DNA from: Botryllus schlosseri | Lineage: Eukaryota | Direction of reading: 5' to 3' | Assembly (NCBI GenBank): GCA_051294905.1 | Contig: CM119386.1 | Location: 7,750,001 to 7,814,000, forward strand | DNA: 64,000 nt | Shown: in pieces, positions 38,242-51,213 of the stretch | How the letters are laid out: the number at the start of each line of letters is the position of its first letter | How positions within the stretch are numbered: position 1 is the stretch's first letter | The notes under the pieces: model-generated | The model's input: the letters and a program-made list of their open reading frames with translations, nothing else | What the model was told of the DNA's origin: nothing | Databases searched by the model: none | Made by a program: the position numbers and the translations under genes

Positions 38242-38294
38242 ATGTCCACGAACGGTTTCAGCGAGGAGAACCGGCGTCGGGACCCGGCAGCAAG
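38242..38294 (+). CDS. RasGAP candidate exon 2 (phase 1 to 0): DVHERFQRGEPASGPGSK
   Basis: Strong acceptor ttacttttCAG| and donor AAG|gtaaat. Read in phase 1 it starts with DV, like SYNGAP1/RASAL2 exon 2, and ends in phase 0 compatible with 57607. An alternative reading from its own ATG (MSTNGFSEENRRRDPAA, phase 2) is also open. Confidence 0.65.
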
Positions 38295-39264
38295 GTAAAT
38301 TTATATCAATCATCTACTATACCTAGATTGACTGCGTGCTTGCATTGGCAAATGCTACCGAGAGCGCCAACCAAGGAAATATTTGGAGTCTGCACCTACA
38401 GAGGCTTTCCGCCTGTACGTACACCGTAAATAGCCTACATTGGCGGAAAATATGTGTTTTAGTGTTTGTCAGATTTTCTACTCTAGCCTTGGCTGCAAAT
38501 CACTTCTTGGTATCGCCACTGATTTCACACTCATTCCGATGGAGGAAAACGAGTCGGTGGTTCGTATGGAGATATGTCCCAGGGGCGGAGTGGGTTATGT
38601 GTATCATCTCTTTGCGCTTTCTTGGGATGCTCCTGGAATATAACTTGCGTAAGAATCGGTGTATTTGGCATGTTTTCACTCATTGGAATGGGCGTGAAAG
38701 CAAAATTTTGTACCAGAAAGTGTTATTGATCTTCGCACTGTTCCATGGTGGAAATCTGGAGATACGCGATTTCGTTTAAATACTGTCCTGATTTACATCC
38801 AGTAACGGCGCAAATTCATGCGCGAGTCTGGAACTTCACGTTGCGTCGCGATTCGCCCGTTTTTATCGCGGTATGACGTCAAATCCGCCGTGTTGAAGTT
38901 ATTTAGCGATATCGGAAACCGTCCACCGACCATGCGGCTAGTCATTTCCCATTGCGCGTGATACAGTCATACAGGGGCTATTTCACCCTAATTTTACGAC
39001 AATGCTTAGCATAAATGTGGTGCAAATAGGCAAAACGTACTGGAATCCCCCGAAAAAGTAGAAGTAATTCGTTACTGACCACTCTGGAAACGAGCGAGGT
39101 GCCGCTTTGCGTGATTTCAGATATTGACCCTCATCGCCGCGGGTATCGAGATCTGCGGCAAGGTACTGAGTCGTCGTGGCCGGTATCGTTCGCGGTTTCG
39201 CAGATCAGACTTGGACGACTAGATAATTCTAGTTGTCTAATTTCACTAAATTAGAGCGAAATGC

Positions 39265-39450
39265 CAGTAATCTAATTCTAATCTAATTTGTGAAATGCTT
39301 CCGTGCTCTAATTCTAATCTAATTTGTGAAGTGTTCTTATGCTCTAATTGTAATTCTAATCTAATTTGTGAAATGTTCTTATGCTCTAATTCTAATTCTA
39401 ATCTAATTTGTGAAATGTCCGTATTCTCTAATTCTAGTTCTAATCTAATT
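39265..39450. repeat. Tandem array, unit of about 36-42 bp (CTCTAATTCTAATTCTAATCTAATTTGTGAAATG...), 4-5 copies
   Basis: Directly visible; source of the periodic CSNSNSNLICE ORF. Confidence 0.9.
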
Positions 39451-39944
39451 ATTGTTTTCCTGAAAATGCCTCTTTGTCCGAGGCATATTGCACTATTGCA
39501 GTGAGTTGAAAAGAATGTCCCTCTTGCGCAGGGAAATCCAGTGCCCAGCCGCCATCGCCTTACTTACACCGTGCAGTCATAGTAGATATTATGACGAACA
39601 ATAGCCTGCTAGAGTAGCTTGTAGTCTGCGAACAACATTCTAGTTTCTAAAACCTTACGTTAGTGCATCGCCATTCTGACTAACATGGGCGATGCCCACG
39701 GTTACCATAAAAGAAGTAATATTTCATTAAAGTATAGTAAAAATCGAGCCAAGCTTGGTGTACAGAAGTTAACCATTCTCATGGTTATGGGAATGCACTG
39801 TTATTGTTGTTTATTAAACAAAAATATGTGGCGCTTATCGCCTCACGGCCTTTTGCACCACGCACTGTGATTTGATGCGAACTGCATTTTGCTGTATTCA
39901 TTTCCCATATACAATTTCATTCAATTTCCAAGTTTTTGCGAACT

Positions 39945-40100
39945 AAGTAGCTCTAATTCCAATTATAATGTAATTTGGAAAAAGCTTAGTAGCTCTAATT
40001 CTAATTCTAATCTAATTTGGAAAAAGCAGTGTAGCTCTAATTCTAATTCTAATCTAATTTGGAAAAACTGTGTAGCTCTAATTCTAATTATAATCTAATT
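39945..40100. repeat. Second tandem array, unit of about 42 bp (TAGCTCTAATTCTAATTCTAATCTAATTTGGAAAAA...), about 4 copies
   Basis: Directly visible; same core and same orientation as 39265-39450. Confidence 0.9.
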
Positions 40101-40457
40101 CAGAAAAGCTGAAAATTTTCTAGCTGTCCAAGTCTGTCGCAGATCGCACGATGCCCGAACGCGATATGCTATTGCCGGTTGAGATGTATCGAAAGTAATC
40201 CGTGTGAGATCATCCTTTGAGGTTTTGGAATTTCGCGGTGACCCTTGTACTTCGTTGGCGTCGAAATGAATCGCTGGCGATCCATGCGCTGACTGGTGGT
40301 TCTTCCCAGTCGCCGTGTGCGATACGCGGGCGGTGAAATGTCACGGTTTCTGTCGTAACGGTTGTTTAGGTGTATGGCCGTTTTCTGTGCGCGTGACGTA
40401 GTTTAATTGCCCGGATCCGGTGCCCATTAGGGACACTCATGGATGATGCGTTGTGTT

Positions 40458-40970
40458 TAGGGCTGTGTTTAAAACAAAAATCAATTGAAGACACAAGTTT
40501 AAAACATGTTTCTTTTTAAATATTTTTCAAAGCAATGACGTCACGAATGTTCATTTGTGACGTCATAGTTGGTTGAAATTGACGATTGAAAATATAGGGT
40601 AAATATAGCTCCTTTGACGAAATAAGCTTTCAACCCCTGTCATATACGGACCAAAAATATCTTTACCAGGACTACATCGTCATGCAGCATCTTTACGATC
40701 GGCGGTCATCATCATCAGAACATGCATTCCGTACCAATGAGCTATATCTACGTAATATAGCTGTTGAAACCAACTGTTTTGAGGGTTTCAACCATCCCAT
40801 GTCGTATACGTCGGCTATATCGAGTGGTAGTCGTCCGTAGGCTCATAGAACATGTTTTTTGGAAAGTATTTACACACTTATGGCATAATTTCATAATTAT
40901 ACGACTTAAAAAACACAGCATGTTTTAAACAAAGTGTTTCAAACTACCATTTGTTTTAAATGCACCCCTA
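40458..40970. mobile_element. hAT-type MITE, copy 2 of the 26305 family with extra internal sequence
   Basis: Same body and both TGACGTCA sites; TSD GTTGTGTT/GTTGATTT (6/8); about 120 bp extra at about 40625-40742. Confidence 0.88.
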
Positions 40971-41634
40971 GTTGATTTAGTCAGCTTAGCCGTGTAAGAT
41001 GTGCGGGGCTTGCACATGTGCACAATGCACATGCACATGTTATTTGGTACTGGCGATTAGGGATGGTTGGAAGTAGAGACTTTAGCTTCCTGTATGCTGG
41101 TGACGAATAGTTTAGGCGTTTCTTGGATGAGGCCGGGCTAGTTCCGCTGCTATGATCTCAGTGGCGTGGGGTCTCTCGGATATTCGTAATTTTTCGCGGG
41201 GTTTATCCGTCTGATAGTGTAAATGTGTCTATAGGCGTGACCAGGATGAAAACTTGAAGTGACATCTGATAATTTTTGGGATGCGAAATTTGCATTACCA
41301 ATGATCTGGCGTCGTGGATATATTGTGATGTATAATGAAACAGTTGACGTCACATTTTCGCAATCGGAAATTAGAGTTGTCAAAGACGAATTTCGTCTCC
41401 CTGACTAATCCCCCTGTTCGTGGAATATCAACATAATATCACTTCTTCCGGGTTCAAGGCGAATTTGGCCTCGCTGGCTATGCCCCTGTTTGTGGTATAT
41501 CAATCTAATATCACTTCGTCTGGGATCGAGCGTGCTGCGAATCTGCGATCATAGATTGTTATTTTATTTCAAACCTTGCGTATTTGTATGCGCAACGTTT
41601 CAGGCGTCGTGGCACAGCATTTGTCGCTTTATTA

Positions 41635-42061
41635 CAGGGGTCGCCAACTCCAAACGGGTCGCGGGCCATTTTTCAAATTTCGTACAGGTCGCTGGCCGCA
41701 TGAATTCAATATTGAGATAAAATACGCCACATAGATTAATAACCATGTTATTAAAACTTTACGCCAGTACAACGCTCTCAAACATGGACGACGGGCATAG
41801 TTACCGCAATAGAAATAATCTTTTAATATAAAAATACAAATTAAACAAAAAATATTATTTTCATCACTTTCATTATATTTTTAACCATGAGCGGCGCAGG
41901 ATACCTGCCAACACTATTCAGCGCAAAAATCCTCGATATTGGGGTTAGCTAGACATGGTAGCCTACTTGCTGGAAAACTATCACCTCGTAAAGCTTGATC
42001 TTGTGGGGAAGCAATATACGACCTTAATGGCCGCATGCGGGCCGCGTGTTGCTGACCCCTG
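41635..42061. mobile_element. Older Charlie-like hAT MITE
   Basis: Ends CAGGGGTCGCCAAC / GTTGCTGACCCCTG with GCGGGCC subterminal motifs; TSD 5/8. Confidence 0.7.
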
Positions 42062-42229
42062 CTTTGGAACTTCAGTTTCATGTCCCGAATTCAATTCCTG
42101 GCATTTCCAATACCTGACCGTGTGATTTCTCGCGATTTAGCCAAGAATCAGCGTGGAAATCTATAATCTTTCGCAATTTGGCGTCTCAATACGCCTCCGA
42201 ACTTGATTTCGTGAAACGGCGAGTAGCGT

Positions 42230-42320
42230 TGGGACCCCGGGAAATCCCGATCCCGGGATCCCGGGATTTGAAGCAATCCCGATCCCGGGATTGGAAGCAA
42301 TCCCGATCCCGGGATTCGGG
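42230..42320. repeat. ATCCCGGGAT motif cluster, probable MITE end; similar cluster at 43030-43100
   Basis: Repeated AATCCCGATCCCGGGAT units ending in CAGCATCTA; partner end not found. Confidence 0.6.
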
Positions 42321-42405
42321 AACAGCATCTACCAAGGCTTATGTAGCGCCATATCTCTTATTTTGGTAATAAAGCAGTGTCACATACTCGGCTGATTGTC
42401 TAGAA

Positions 42406-42926
42406 CAGTGGCCTCAAACACGCGGCCCGCCAGAACTGTTTCTGTGGCCCACGTCGGCGTTTTGACTTTTCAAGCATTCGACAATATTAAACTCGAAAAT
42501 TTCAGATTTCGGATTTGAGAACTTGAAATTTCATTCTGAAACCACTCCAAAAACCTGAATCGCTATCACACATCAAACGTCCCCTAGCTGCTAAATTATA
42601 ATGCGACAGCTTTTACGATGACACGATTCATTTGTCGTCTCGCATGGTTTCTAACTGTCTATATAACTCCTTATGTCGCCAAATTATGCCAAGCACAACA
42701 ATATTTTCAAAAAATATTGAAAAATATGACTTTTTCGTGGCAACTGTGAATAATATTACAATAGTGTATTACATTTTCACAATGTGTATGGAATGCCAAT
42801 CTGCAAGGTCCTACAAAAAAGGCGTACTGGGAAATACATATTATACCCCTATTTGATGCTGCTGCCTGCCGCGTCATCAAAAACTACGAAATTGCCCCGC
42901 GATAAAATTGGAGTTTGGGACCCCTG
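42406..42926. mobile_element. Older Charlie-like hAT MITE
   Basis: Ends CAGTGGCCTCAAAC / GTTTGGGACCCCTG; flanks GTCTAGAA/ATCTAAAC resemble the NTCTAGAN target (5/8). Confidence 0.7.
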
Positions 42927-45900
42927 ATCTAAACGATGATACTCTTGATGCTCTTATGTTTTGCGTCAATTCAATATCACAAGGACTAAATGTTATTTGT
43001 GTAACTTGTATGTCTATTTTACTACTTTTCTAATCCCGGGGAATCCCGGGATTGAGGAGCGAAAATCCCGGGAAATCCCTATCCCGGGATTTCAAATTTG
43101 ATCCCGAAGTCCCAACCCTAATGGCGAGTCGAGGGCGGACGAAATCTGGAAATAGTTTTGTCATCTTCACGTCCAATTACGTGCTCTCGTCTCTGGTCGC
43201 TTGTTATCATAGCGCCGCGACAGCAAGCGTCGAATGTTATTAGTTGCTAAACGATCACACTAGTAAACATTGTTCCGCTGCGTAAGCAGAAACAAGAATG
43301 ATGATTCCAGAGGCGCGCACTTGTTCATTTATTACTGACTCGCAATATTAGACGATTGGTCCTGCAGTGACGACTATTTCTTCCCACCACATGGAATTCT
43401 ATTTAATAATACGATGTAAAAGTTTTTTCCGGATTCGGTTGTGGATCCGGGATCCGGACTTGAACTCCGTGTCCGGTTTATAATATCAAACACTCTCATC
43501 CTACAGTCCTACACCCACGGTCGTGCGCAATTAGAAAAACATTGGTAATTGTGAATCGGTTGCGTCTGGTCCAGTCTCTAGTGTAGAAGCTCAAATGTGC
43601 TCTGCTAACGAGTACATTACAGTGGACAAAGTGCAGTTAGCCAGGCTATTGTTCATCGGACTAAATTCTCTATTGCCAGCTAGCTTATTTGAAGCTGCTC
43701 AAGGTGATTGTAGGCTGTGATGTGTCTTTCCTTATGGTGCATATAGTATCGGCAACGCTGCGCTAACACGAGCCTTGCGCATGCGTCGAACGTCTGTCTG
43801 AATGGCGGCTGTTACGTCACACTAATCTAGATCATGCGCTGAGTTCGGTGATTCAATGTCGTTTTCGTGAATGGAGCCCGGGCTAAGTAATATCTTGTCA
43901 TGAAATGACGAGCACACATTCGATAGCGCGCGGGCCTTTTCCTGTTCTGTGTCGTAACAATGCTGCAGATGAAATGTACCGCTTAGCGTGCGCTTACGAG
44001 CGGCCGGATTAAGCCGCGCTGTCTTTATTTGGGATTGCGGCGGTTAAGTGGCGGTGTCATTAGGCGCGTTTAGCTATAATTTTAGTCTTTGTCGTGCCGA
44101 GATCAGGCTCGAGTATATGTTCAAATTCGGGATTTATAGAATTCGCTGGGTATTTATAAGTGGTTTGATGCGCACTGTCTCAAACAGGGTATTCGCAGGT
44201 ACACGACATCTGTTGTGTAGCCACGAGAAACAGTCGCAGTAATAAAGCGTAGTAATAAGTTAGGTCTTCCTTGGCGAGGCTAAAAAAACTAGGGCCAGTG
44301 TCCGACAATGTGCCTTTGTGGACGGATACAATCTGGTCGACTTACCAAGCTGTAAACCACGTCACGTTTCGGTGATGACGTGACGAAAACCCGCATTTTG
44401 GCTGAGCTGTTAGTAAATATGGCTGAGAAGTACATTCGTGATGCTTCAGTGTCTTGTGTCAGCATTGTTTGGGTGTGTTACTCCGTGTAGAGGCGCGCAC
44501 AGTTGTCACTAGAGATGATCAAGGAATCCCAAATTTGTACTCAAGTATAGGGAGAAGTAACCGTTTCCGAGTAAGTAAAAAAGTAAGTATTCTAGGCCTG
44601 ATTTCGCCTAGTAAACTGAAAACTGTCGAGTAGAAGTTGAAGTAGTCTACAATCCTAACCATTTGAGTAATTAGTAGCCAATTAACCTACTTTAGTGCTC
44701 AGAAAAAGTAAGAGTGCTTTGTTACTGATCACCTGGAGATCGCGTCGAAACTTTTTTCGCGCACGGCGCGGCAGGAGCCGGTCCTGTGTATTCCATGCTG
44801 CATTCGTCGAAAGTCCGTTCTCCCAGCGCTTCCTAGGTCGTCCATTCATCGCGCTTGTGATCGAGGCGCGTAATGTCGCGCTGAATAAACTGCTGGCAAA
44901 GACGGAAATTAGTAATACCGCGCGTGCTCCCCGCGAACCCCGTTAATCGAAGGTTACCGGATTGAAACTTGCAGAACCAGAGACCAGATAGCATTTATCT
45001 TTGTGGCGGTAGTAATTTAGACATGCGACCCGTCTAGTATTGGAAAACGCCGCAAAAGTTGTACTTGCGCGATCGCATTGTTCTGACGATGGGAACACTG
45101 AATACAGCGTATATAGCCTGGCTCCATACGACAATGCATCGTTCAGCGCCGGCGTTGGAAGTGTGCGGATGTGCTCATTCAGAAAAGTGTGGCTCACCCG
45201 ACGCGGGGTTATAGACACAGTCGCTCATAATTCGAGTCCAACTTGCAATGAACGGAACGGGAATTGATGTAGGCCAGAGGTGGCAGGCGCGTCTGTGCCG
45301 CGCTGGAATTGGCTACTTCAAAATCCAGCGGAAGTGGGCCGACTTGCAACGGGTGTACGGTTACAGATTGCGGAGTTGTTAGAAACGTAAAGCGGGTGGA
45401 TGTTTGCCGCGTTTTTGATGCCGCTGTCGTGCGCGGGCTATGTTGCTTTTCGCCGATTCACAGGCAGGCGTTCCTATGGATGTTCAGGAATTTGCCGTGG
45501 CTATAGTTAACCTATCGATTGACCCGGTTATGTAATTCGCAGATAATATGACGCATTTTCAAGTTGAATCAGCAATGGAATTACACTTGAGAGAGATAGA
45601 GAGACCGCGCTAACAGTCTAGTTGTGCATTGTGCATGGCTGGTTGGTCTCGTACGACGTCATAATCACAATTATTTCGAAGTGTATTAGTCGTCAGCTAA
45701 GTGAAATATATCAGGAAGTCGGTAGTACCGTGTTTTTCGACTGTGTTGAGGAATCTTGAATTGTAAATAGGTTGTTGGCGAGTTAGGAATTTCACATTTA
45801 CTTCACAACTTGGTACCAGAGCTGTGCCTTCGGTGGTGGGGCTCTTGGAGCATTAATATTTAGTCGACCCCTTGGCTCGTGACCGGAAATGCCATCAATA

Positions 45901-46351
45901 AAGGTAGTAGCGGATCGAGAACGTTGCTGACCGTGGTTTAAAAGTAACGTACGCGCGTTTCGTTACCGTCAGCGTTTCTCTGTTTGATCATAATACGCCC
46001 AATACAGGATATCTCCTTGACGAAGGCCGGTTGCGGCGAATGTAATCTCTCCCGACTCTCAAAAACTGATGCAGTAGCCTGCAGCTGGAGTTAGCGCGAG
46101 GCCAACGGTGAATTGCATCAAAGGCAGCTTTTACGTGACTACCAGTTATTAATTTTGCTTGAGGTGCGCTTCTGTTAGATCGCGATTAGGTCGGCCGATA
46201 GCTTGGGAATTGGCAGATGTGTGGGGTGTGTATTTGAACAACTGCGCCGCCGTTGTGACATTCCGTGGGTGTGTTCTGATAATGGAAAAGTGTGTGCAGC
46301 CTGTGCTGTTTGCGGTATGCGTTATCGCGTATCGGCTGATCAAGATGAACA

Positions 46352-46379
46352 GTTGAACATGAACATGAACATGAACATG
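46352..46379. repeat. (GAACAT)n microsatellite, about 4 units
   Basis: Directly visible. Confidence 0.85.
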
Positions 46380-47048
46380 CTATTGCATCGATGCTTGCAG
46401 GCAGAGTGTAGAAGCAATTACCTAGCTGTGCGATGACAATTCTTATCAGAATGCTGACGGTGGCGTGTTTAAGTGTCTTTTGTCGCGATTTTGTGATTTT
46501 AGGAGAGTCTATGGTCGGTTGAGGCTTATAGTGGAATTTCGGCGGACCGAAATATTGTAGCATCGATTCTGAAGTGTTTTCGAATCTTCTGATTGGATTG
46601 CGCTGAGTAGAACATAGGTGTAGCGGCCAATACTTTGTGAGATTGGACGTAGTTGGTTTATTTAACCATCGCTATTGCCTTGTCACACGTCGAGAATGCA
46701 TGTATTGGCCTCGTGTCGAGGGATGATAGCAGCTATCAAGTTCGCGGTATTGAAGTTTCTCCGTCGCGGCCGATAATGATTTTAAATTGGGCGGCGCAAT
46801 AGGAAGGATGACATAATGTGAACAGTCCTCACCTCACATTTTGCGTTTATCTTATGACGGGCCGATGCAGCCCGGGATGATACACAGATTTAGTTCGACT
46901 GTATTATTTTTGGAACTAACGGTATTGGTTGCTTTATTTGAGGCCGCATTCAGCGCACAAGTGTACGTCGTAGATTTGTTTAACCGCCACAGAGTGGTAA
47001 TATGAAGTGTATGTATGGTCAACAATTATCAGGCACATAGGTAATTAC

Positions 47049-47255
47049 CAGATACGGTCAACTCAGTCATTATTTAAGTAGAAGTAGAAGTCGTAATTTT
47101 CTACTCTAGAAGAAATAGTAATTTCCAAGAACTATTCTAGGCCCAAAATGAGGTGTAAGTAGCCTGAAATTAAACTATTTTTAAACCAGCGCAAGTAGAC
47201 TAACTTTCCTCCTAAAAAGTAGAATTACTTAGTCACTGACCAGTGACCACCTCTG
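47049..47255. mobile_element. hAT-type MITE (CAGAGGTGGTCACTGGTCAGT end family)
   Basis: TSD GTAATTAC/GTAATTAG (7/8); the same right end recurs at about 29235-29257 and a related one at about 39070-39088. Confidence 0.7.
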
Positions 47256-47275
47256 GTAATTAGGCATGCCGATAC

Positions 47276-47599
47276 CAGTGAGGAGCGGATATTGATTTCT
47301 GAGAATCCGAAAGACAGTCGAAGTCTGTGAGGATCTATCCGTCCTAATCTGAACCAAAAAATCCGCACGAATCCGAATAATGTCGCCCAGAATCTGAATT
47401 GAATAACTTCTCCGAATAATCCTGATTATACATATGAGCAGAGTAGTCTTTACAAAGGCTAAGGTTAGGGTTAGCTGGTTTCTATTTGCTTCGACCTTTG
47501 GCAAACATCCGAAACAAAAGCTGCAATAGAATCCGAATCCGACCTCAAAATTGTGCAAAATCCGGTCCGAACTCTACCCGGTTCCGAACTCTATCACTG
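47276..47599. mobile_element. hAT-type MITE with ATCCGAA subterminal repeats
   Basis: Ends CAGTGAGGAG / CTCTATCACTG; TSD GCCGATAC/GCCGACAC (7/8). Confidence 0.8.
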
Positions 47600-48865
47600 G
47601 CCGACACACTTTGATAGCGCTGTTCTAGTGTTCTGGATCCTCGGTGTATAGTTCTCCGTACTCGGAAGGTCGGAAGTATTGTGAACGCAGGATGAAAATA
47701 TCGCGATTTCCCTTGATGGATTAAAAATGGGAGTCAGGATTGTGTGTTATGCGGATGAATGATGTAGGGATGTAGCCATACAAAGATTCCCTATTTTCCG
47801 CTCTCTTAACGTTTCGATTTTTCCATCGGTTTCGAGCGGCACGTTTTCGTTTTCCGCCGGGAATCGACCTCAATGGAGCATGTAGTCTTGGTAGTCTGCA
47901 TCAGCTTTCCGCGTAAACCTGCGACACGTGTCATTGTATTCATTCGTGGCAGTCGCCGAGCTACGCCACTCGTTAAGAAATCAGTCACGGTGAAAGTTAG
48001 GGTTTCGGCGAACATTGTGGTTGGGTTAGGGGAAAGCGAAATATTCCACGAAGTTCGGATGTGAGTAGCTCCGCCGACACTGAAACCGTACCTTCAAACC
48101 GTTTCGCACGAAACCTGCACATCACCGACCGATATACAGTGACTATGTCTGTCGCACATGGCGATTTTGTCACCACCCCGAAGACGTTTGAACTTGCGAT
48201 GCGCACGACTCTAGCGTGTCATATGCTGGGTAATCTATGATTCAACAGATCGTTGTATATCCTGCTGATGGCGAACGCAATTTTCCACTGGTTGTGACCA
48301 ATTTCGATCGATTAGAAATGGCTCCGTTCGGAACCGGTGTGAGTGCGTAATTCGTTTCACTCAAGAGAAGGAAAGGTTGGTTCAGGTTCAATGTCAGTTG
48401 TCTATACGTTATTTTACCGTGTTGGACACTGTTTTGAAGTAGGCTGCCTGTGCAAAGCGGACTGGTCAAACCTGTGACTGCTCCGTCGGGTAAAGGCCCA
48501 TGTGTCTATTAAACTTCCAGTAATAGAAATACATGCGCGCGATTCCATAATTTGTCTGATCGGTGTTTTCTAATACGTCGCAAGTGAGCTTACGTGGTGT
48601 ATTGTACATTGTCTATCCCGATAGTGCGTTGGATCCGTAGGCCTGTTTGCGATTCAACAAAAAATATTGCGTTTTCGGCAGTTTCGAGCTTTCGTTTCCA
48701 CGCTTCATCTTACAGACATAACGCATATGAGATAGACAGCAATTGAATCATGACGTTACTTTCATGTAACATGTTACTTTTCGGGCCAATTTACATTGTT
48801 TTGTGTCTGTTCCATGCGTGTAGATCTGCAGCAGGGTCACGCCCCTGTGTAGTTAGTGTAGAACC

Positions 48866-49168
48866 ATGGCAGCCTTCGAGACAAGGGGCCAATATATGCG
48901 CAAGAAGAGCTTTGAGGCCGAAGACGGGCTGGGATTATCTGGATCCGCGCGGAGATATTTCGACACCGGCGGCCTGGCGTCGATACCGGACAACAGCCCG
49001 TTGCCCTCGCCCACCGAGCCGTACGGCCGGCCCACTTCGCGGTCGGTGTCCAGCCGGGACGCGCTGTACGTGCGGAAGAACCGGTCTTTGCCCCGTACGA
49101 ATTCCGATTCCGGGTTTTCGTCGCATAAAATGAATATCGCGGAGGTTAAGAGGAATAAGTCGCTGAAG
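48866..49168 (+). CDS. Candidate alternative first coding exon, 101 aa (phase 0): MAAFETRGQYMRKKSFEAEDG...RTNSDSGFSSHKMNIAEVKRNKSLK
   Basis: GC-rich coding-like block, accATGg Kozak context, upstream acceptors at 48823 and 48861, donor AAG|gttggt (phase 0; alternative G|gtatgc after 49172). S/R/P-rich disordered composition as in family N-termini. Confidence 0.7.
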
Positions 49169-49456
49169 GTTGGTATGCTACCTGTTGTCGATCCAGACTG
49201 GCGTAGTTGGTCGCCGAAGATGCGTTCTTACCCCTCAAATTGTGCCACACACATTGTTATGCCATTTCCTTGCGTTACATGACGATGAATCCGATACGTA
49301 ACCTCTTTGTTATTATTATTTTTCCGTTCTGGTTACGTCACTGCGGAAGCGTTGATATGAACTCGCGATCACGATTACAGCAAAATCTCGATGTGGTCAG
49401 TTACGATTACGATTACATGTAAAAGTAATCACGATTATTAGCGATTACATGTAGAT

Positions 49457-49792
49457 CGGTGGCTCTTAACGTTTATCAGCCCGGGTAACCCTTGCGGCAT
49501 TCTGCTGACATACATGGAACCCAAGACTGTCGCTGGGTTATAAAATCGAAAATGTACATCATCACTCATGGTGCACAAAATGAACTATGCATCAGCAGAG
49601 TGTTCAAAGATCAAAACCGTTAAATATGATTTTCATCGTGTTTTCACGCACAACAAAACATTGTAATGAATATATTTATTGCGAATCTGCTGTTCCCGTT
49701 CAGACACTAGAAATGCGAGACTTCGCCTCAGAAAGTGCCATCGTATTCTTCGGTGGAAACGCAACAGCGGGAAGCCCGGTTGAGAACCACTG
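49457..49792. mobile_element. Charlie-like hAT MITE
   Basis: Ends CGGTGGCTCTTAAC / GGTTGAGAACCACTG; TSD ATGTAGAT/ATTTAGAT (7/8). Confidence 0.8.
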
Positions 49793-51213
49793 ATTTAGAT
49801 TTCTACAATGAGCGCATATTAAAAAATAACAGCGATTGAGACGAGGCGACATCATGAAAATTTAACTACAATTACTTGTAAGTCATATGTCCATTGCGTG
49901 ACTTCGTCGCGCCCACCAATTTTCGTTCTGACTCAAGCTACAATATGATACATATAATATATAGTCTGTAGATTCAAATTATGAGTAAAGAGTAGCGAAA
50001 TAACGATTCGAACAGCTTTGTGAGTCGATGTAATTTGTTATGACGCAATCAATGAGCACAGCTAATACTTAAATATGTGTAGTGATTAGCAGCGAAGCTC
50101 ACAAATCCGATGTTCCCACCGTCAATAATGTGATAAGCCATTTGGGGTACAGAACTTCAGAATAACACGAAACAATAACTTCATAGTGTTAATTTATTCG
50201 CTAAAAGCTTTCGACTGACTCTCATCAGGAGCGAACGTCAGTAATAGGGTGAAATCAAATTCGAATGTCGAAATTCTGTATGTGATACAACACATAAACT
50301 TATGTTTACAATTTATGTCAAGGCCCTTGTAAGACTAAAGACTTTTGTAATCGTTTCTTTAAAATGAAATCGATTACCTTTACTTAAACATACTGTAATC
50401 TTTGTAATCGCATATGATTACAAATCATGATTACCCCATTCAGGCTACAGATCAAGTTCGACCTATGACCTTGGATGTGCGCCTACTGTGTATGTATGTA
50501 TTCTGAGCGCGAAGCTCCCGCGAACCGAGTTCGTTGAATCTCAAACGTACACCGACGGGCTGCATTATAGTGTAATAATGGAGTGGGAAAATACCAGTCA
50601 ATCGCCAGCCAAATTCCGACCCCATAATGACATGCGTGCGATGATAAACCCGTGCGGTGTATGGCTTCTAATTCAGGTGTAATGGGAGGCGTTGATATCC
50701 CGAAATGAGACATGACGCACACGCGCTATAAAGCCTAATTGCACGGTATCGCATTCCCACAGGCTGTTTGGATAGCTATTTCTGCGTGTGTCGCAGGTGT
50801 CTCGAAAACTCCTTGTACGCACTCGCTGTGAGCGACGGGAAGTGTGAATTGAATATGGTTAACGTCCGTTCATTAGTGTCGCGCAGTTACAAGTCCACTT
50901 CTGACTTCGTATTATCCTTGTAAGCGAAAAATCGCTGCCTTATAGAAACCTTTTTTCTTTTTTGAGTCGAAGGGTTTATTTTGAAAATTTGTGATTCAGA
51001 TAACGGATATTGCTGCTGCTTGAGTTCAATTGCGTATGGCGCTCGGTCTACTCTTTGAAACATCGCAATGTTAGATTTTGCCCCTTCGCAAACCTGTCGC
51101 TCACCAAGGTTGTTTTAAATGTTAGAGTTGAAGACTGTCTATTACAACCGAATGCCAATGATCAAGTGTCAGAATCGAACGCCTTGCATTACTTTTCTGT
51201 CTGTTACTAATGA

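Larger units (their letters stand above)
39206..40136. mobile_element. hAT-type non-autonomous element with internal tandem arrays
   Basis: TIR CAGACTTGGAC..CTAGA, perfect 8-bp TSD TCGCAGAT. Confidence 0.92.

Noticed and set aside
39265-40100. CRISPR-like or coding interpretation of the periodic arrays (ORFs 39295-39504 and 39889-40098)
   Set aside because: Units are contiguous with no unique spacers, there are no cas genes, the context is eukaryotic, and the arrays lie inside a TIR/TSD-bounded transposon.
43396-43410. Resemblance to the Ciona spliced leader (ATTCTATTT...)
   Set aside because: Only partial identity, with no adjacent donor GT or Sm site.
48750-49133. Overlapping 127-aa ORF and antisense ORFs at the 48866 exon
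   Set aside because: Shadows of the GC-rich true exon; this frame ends in a stop before the donor.
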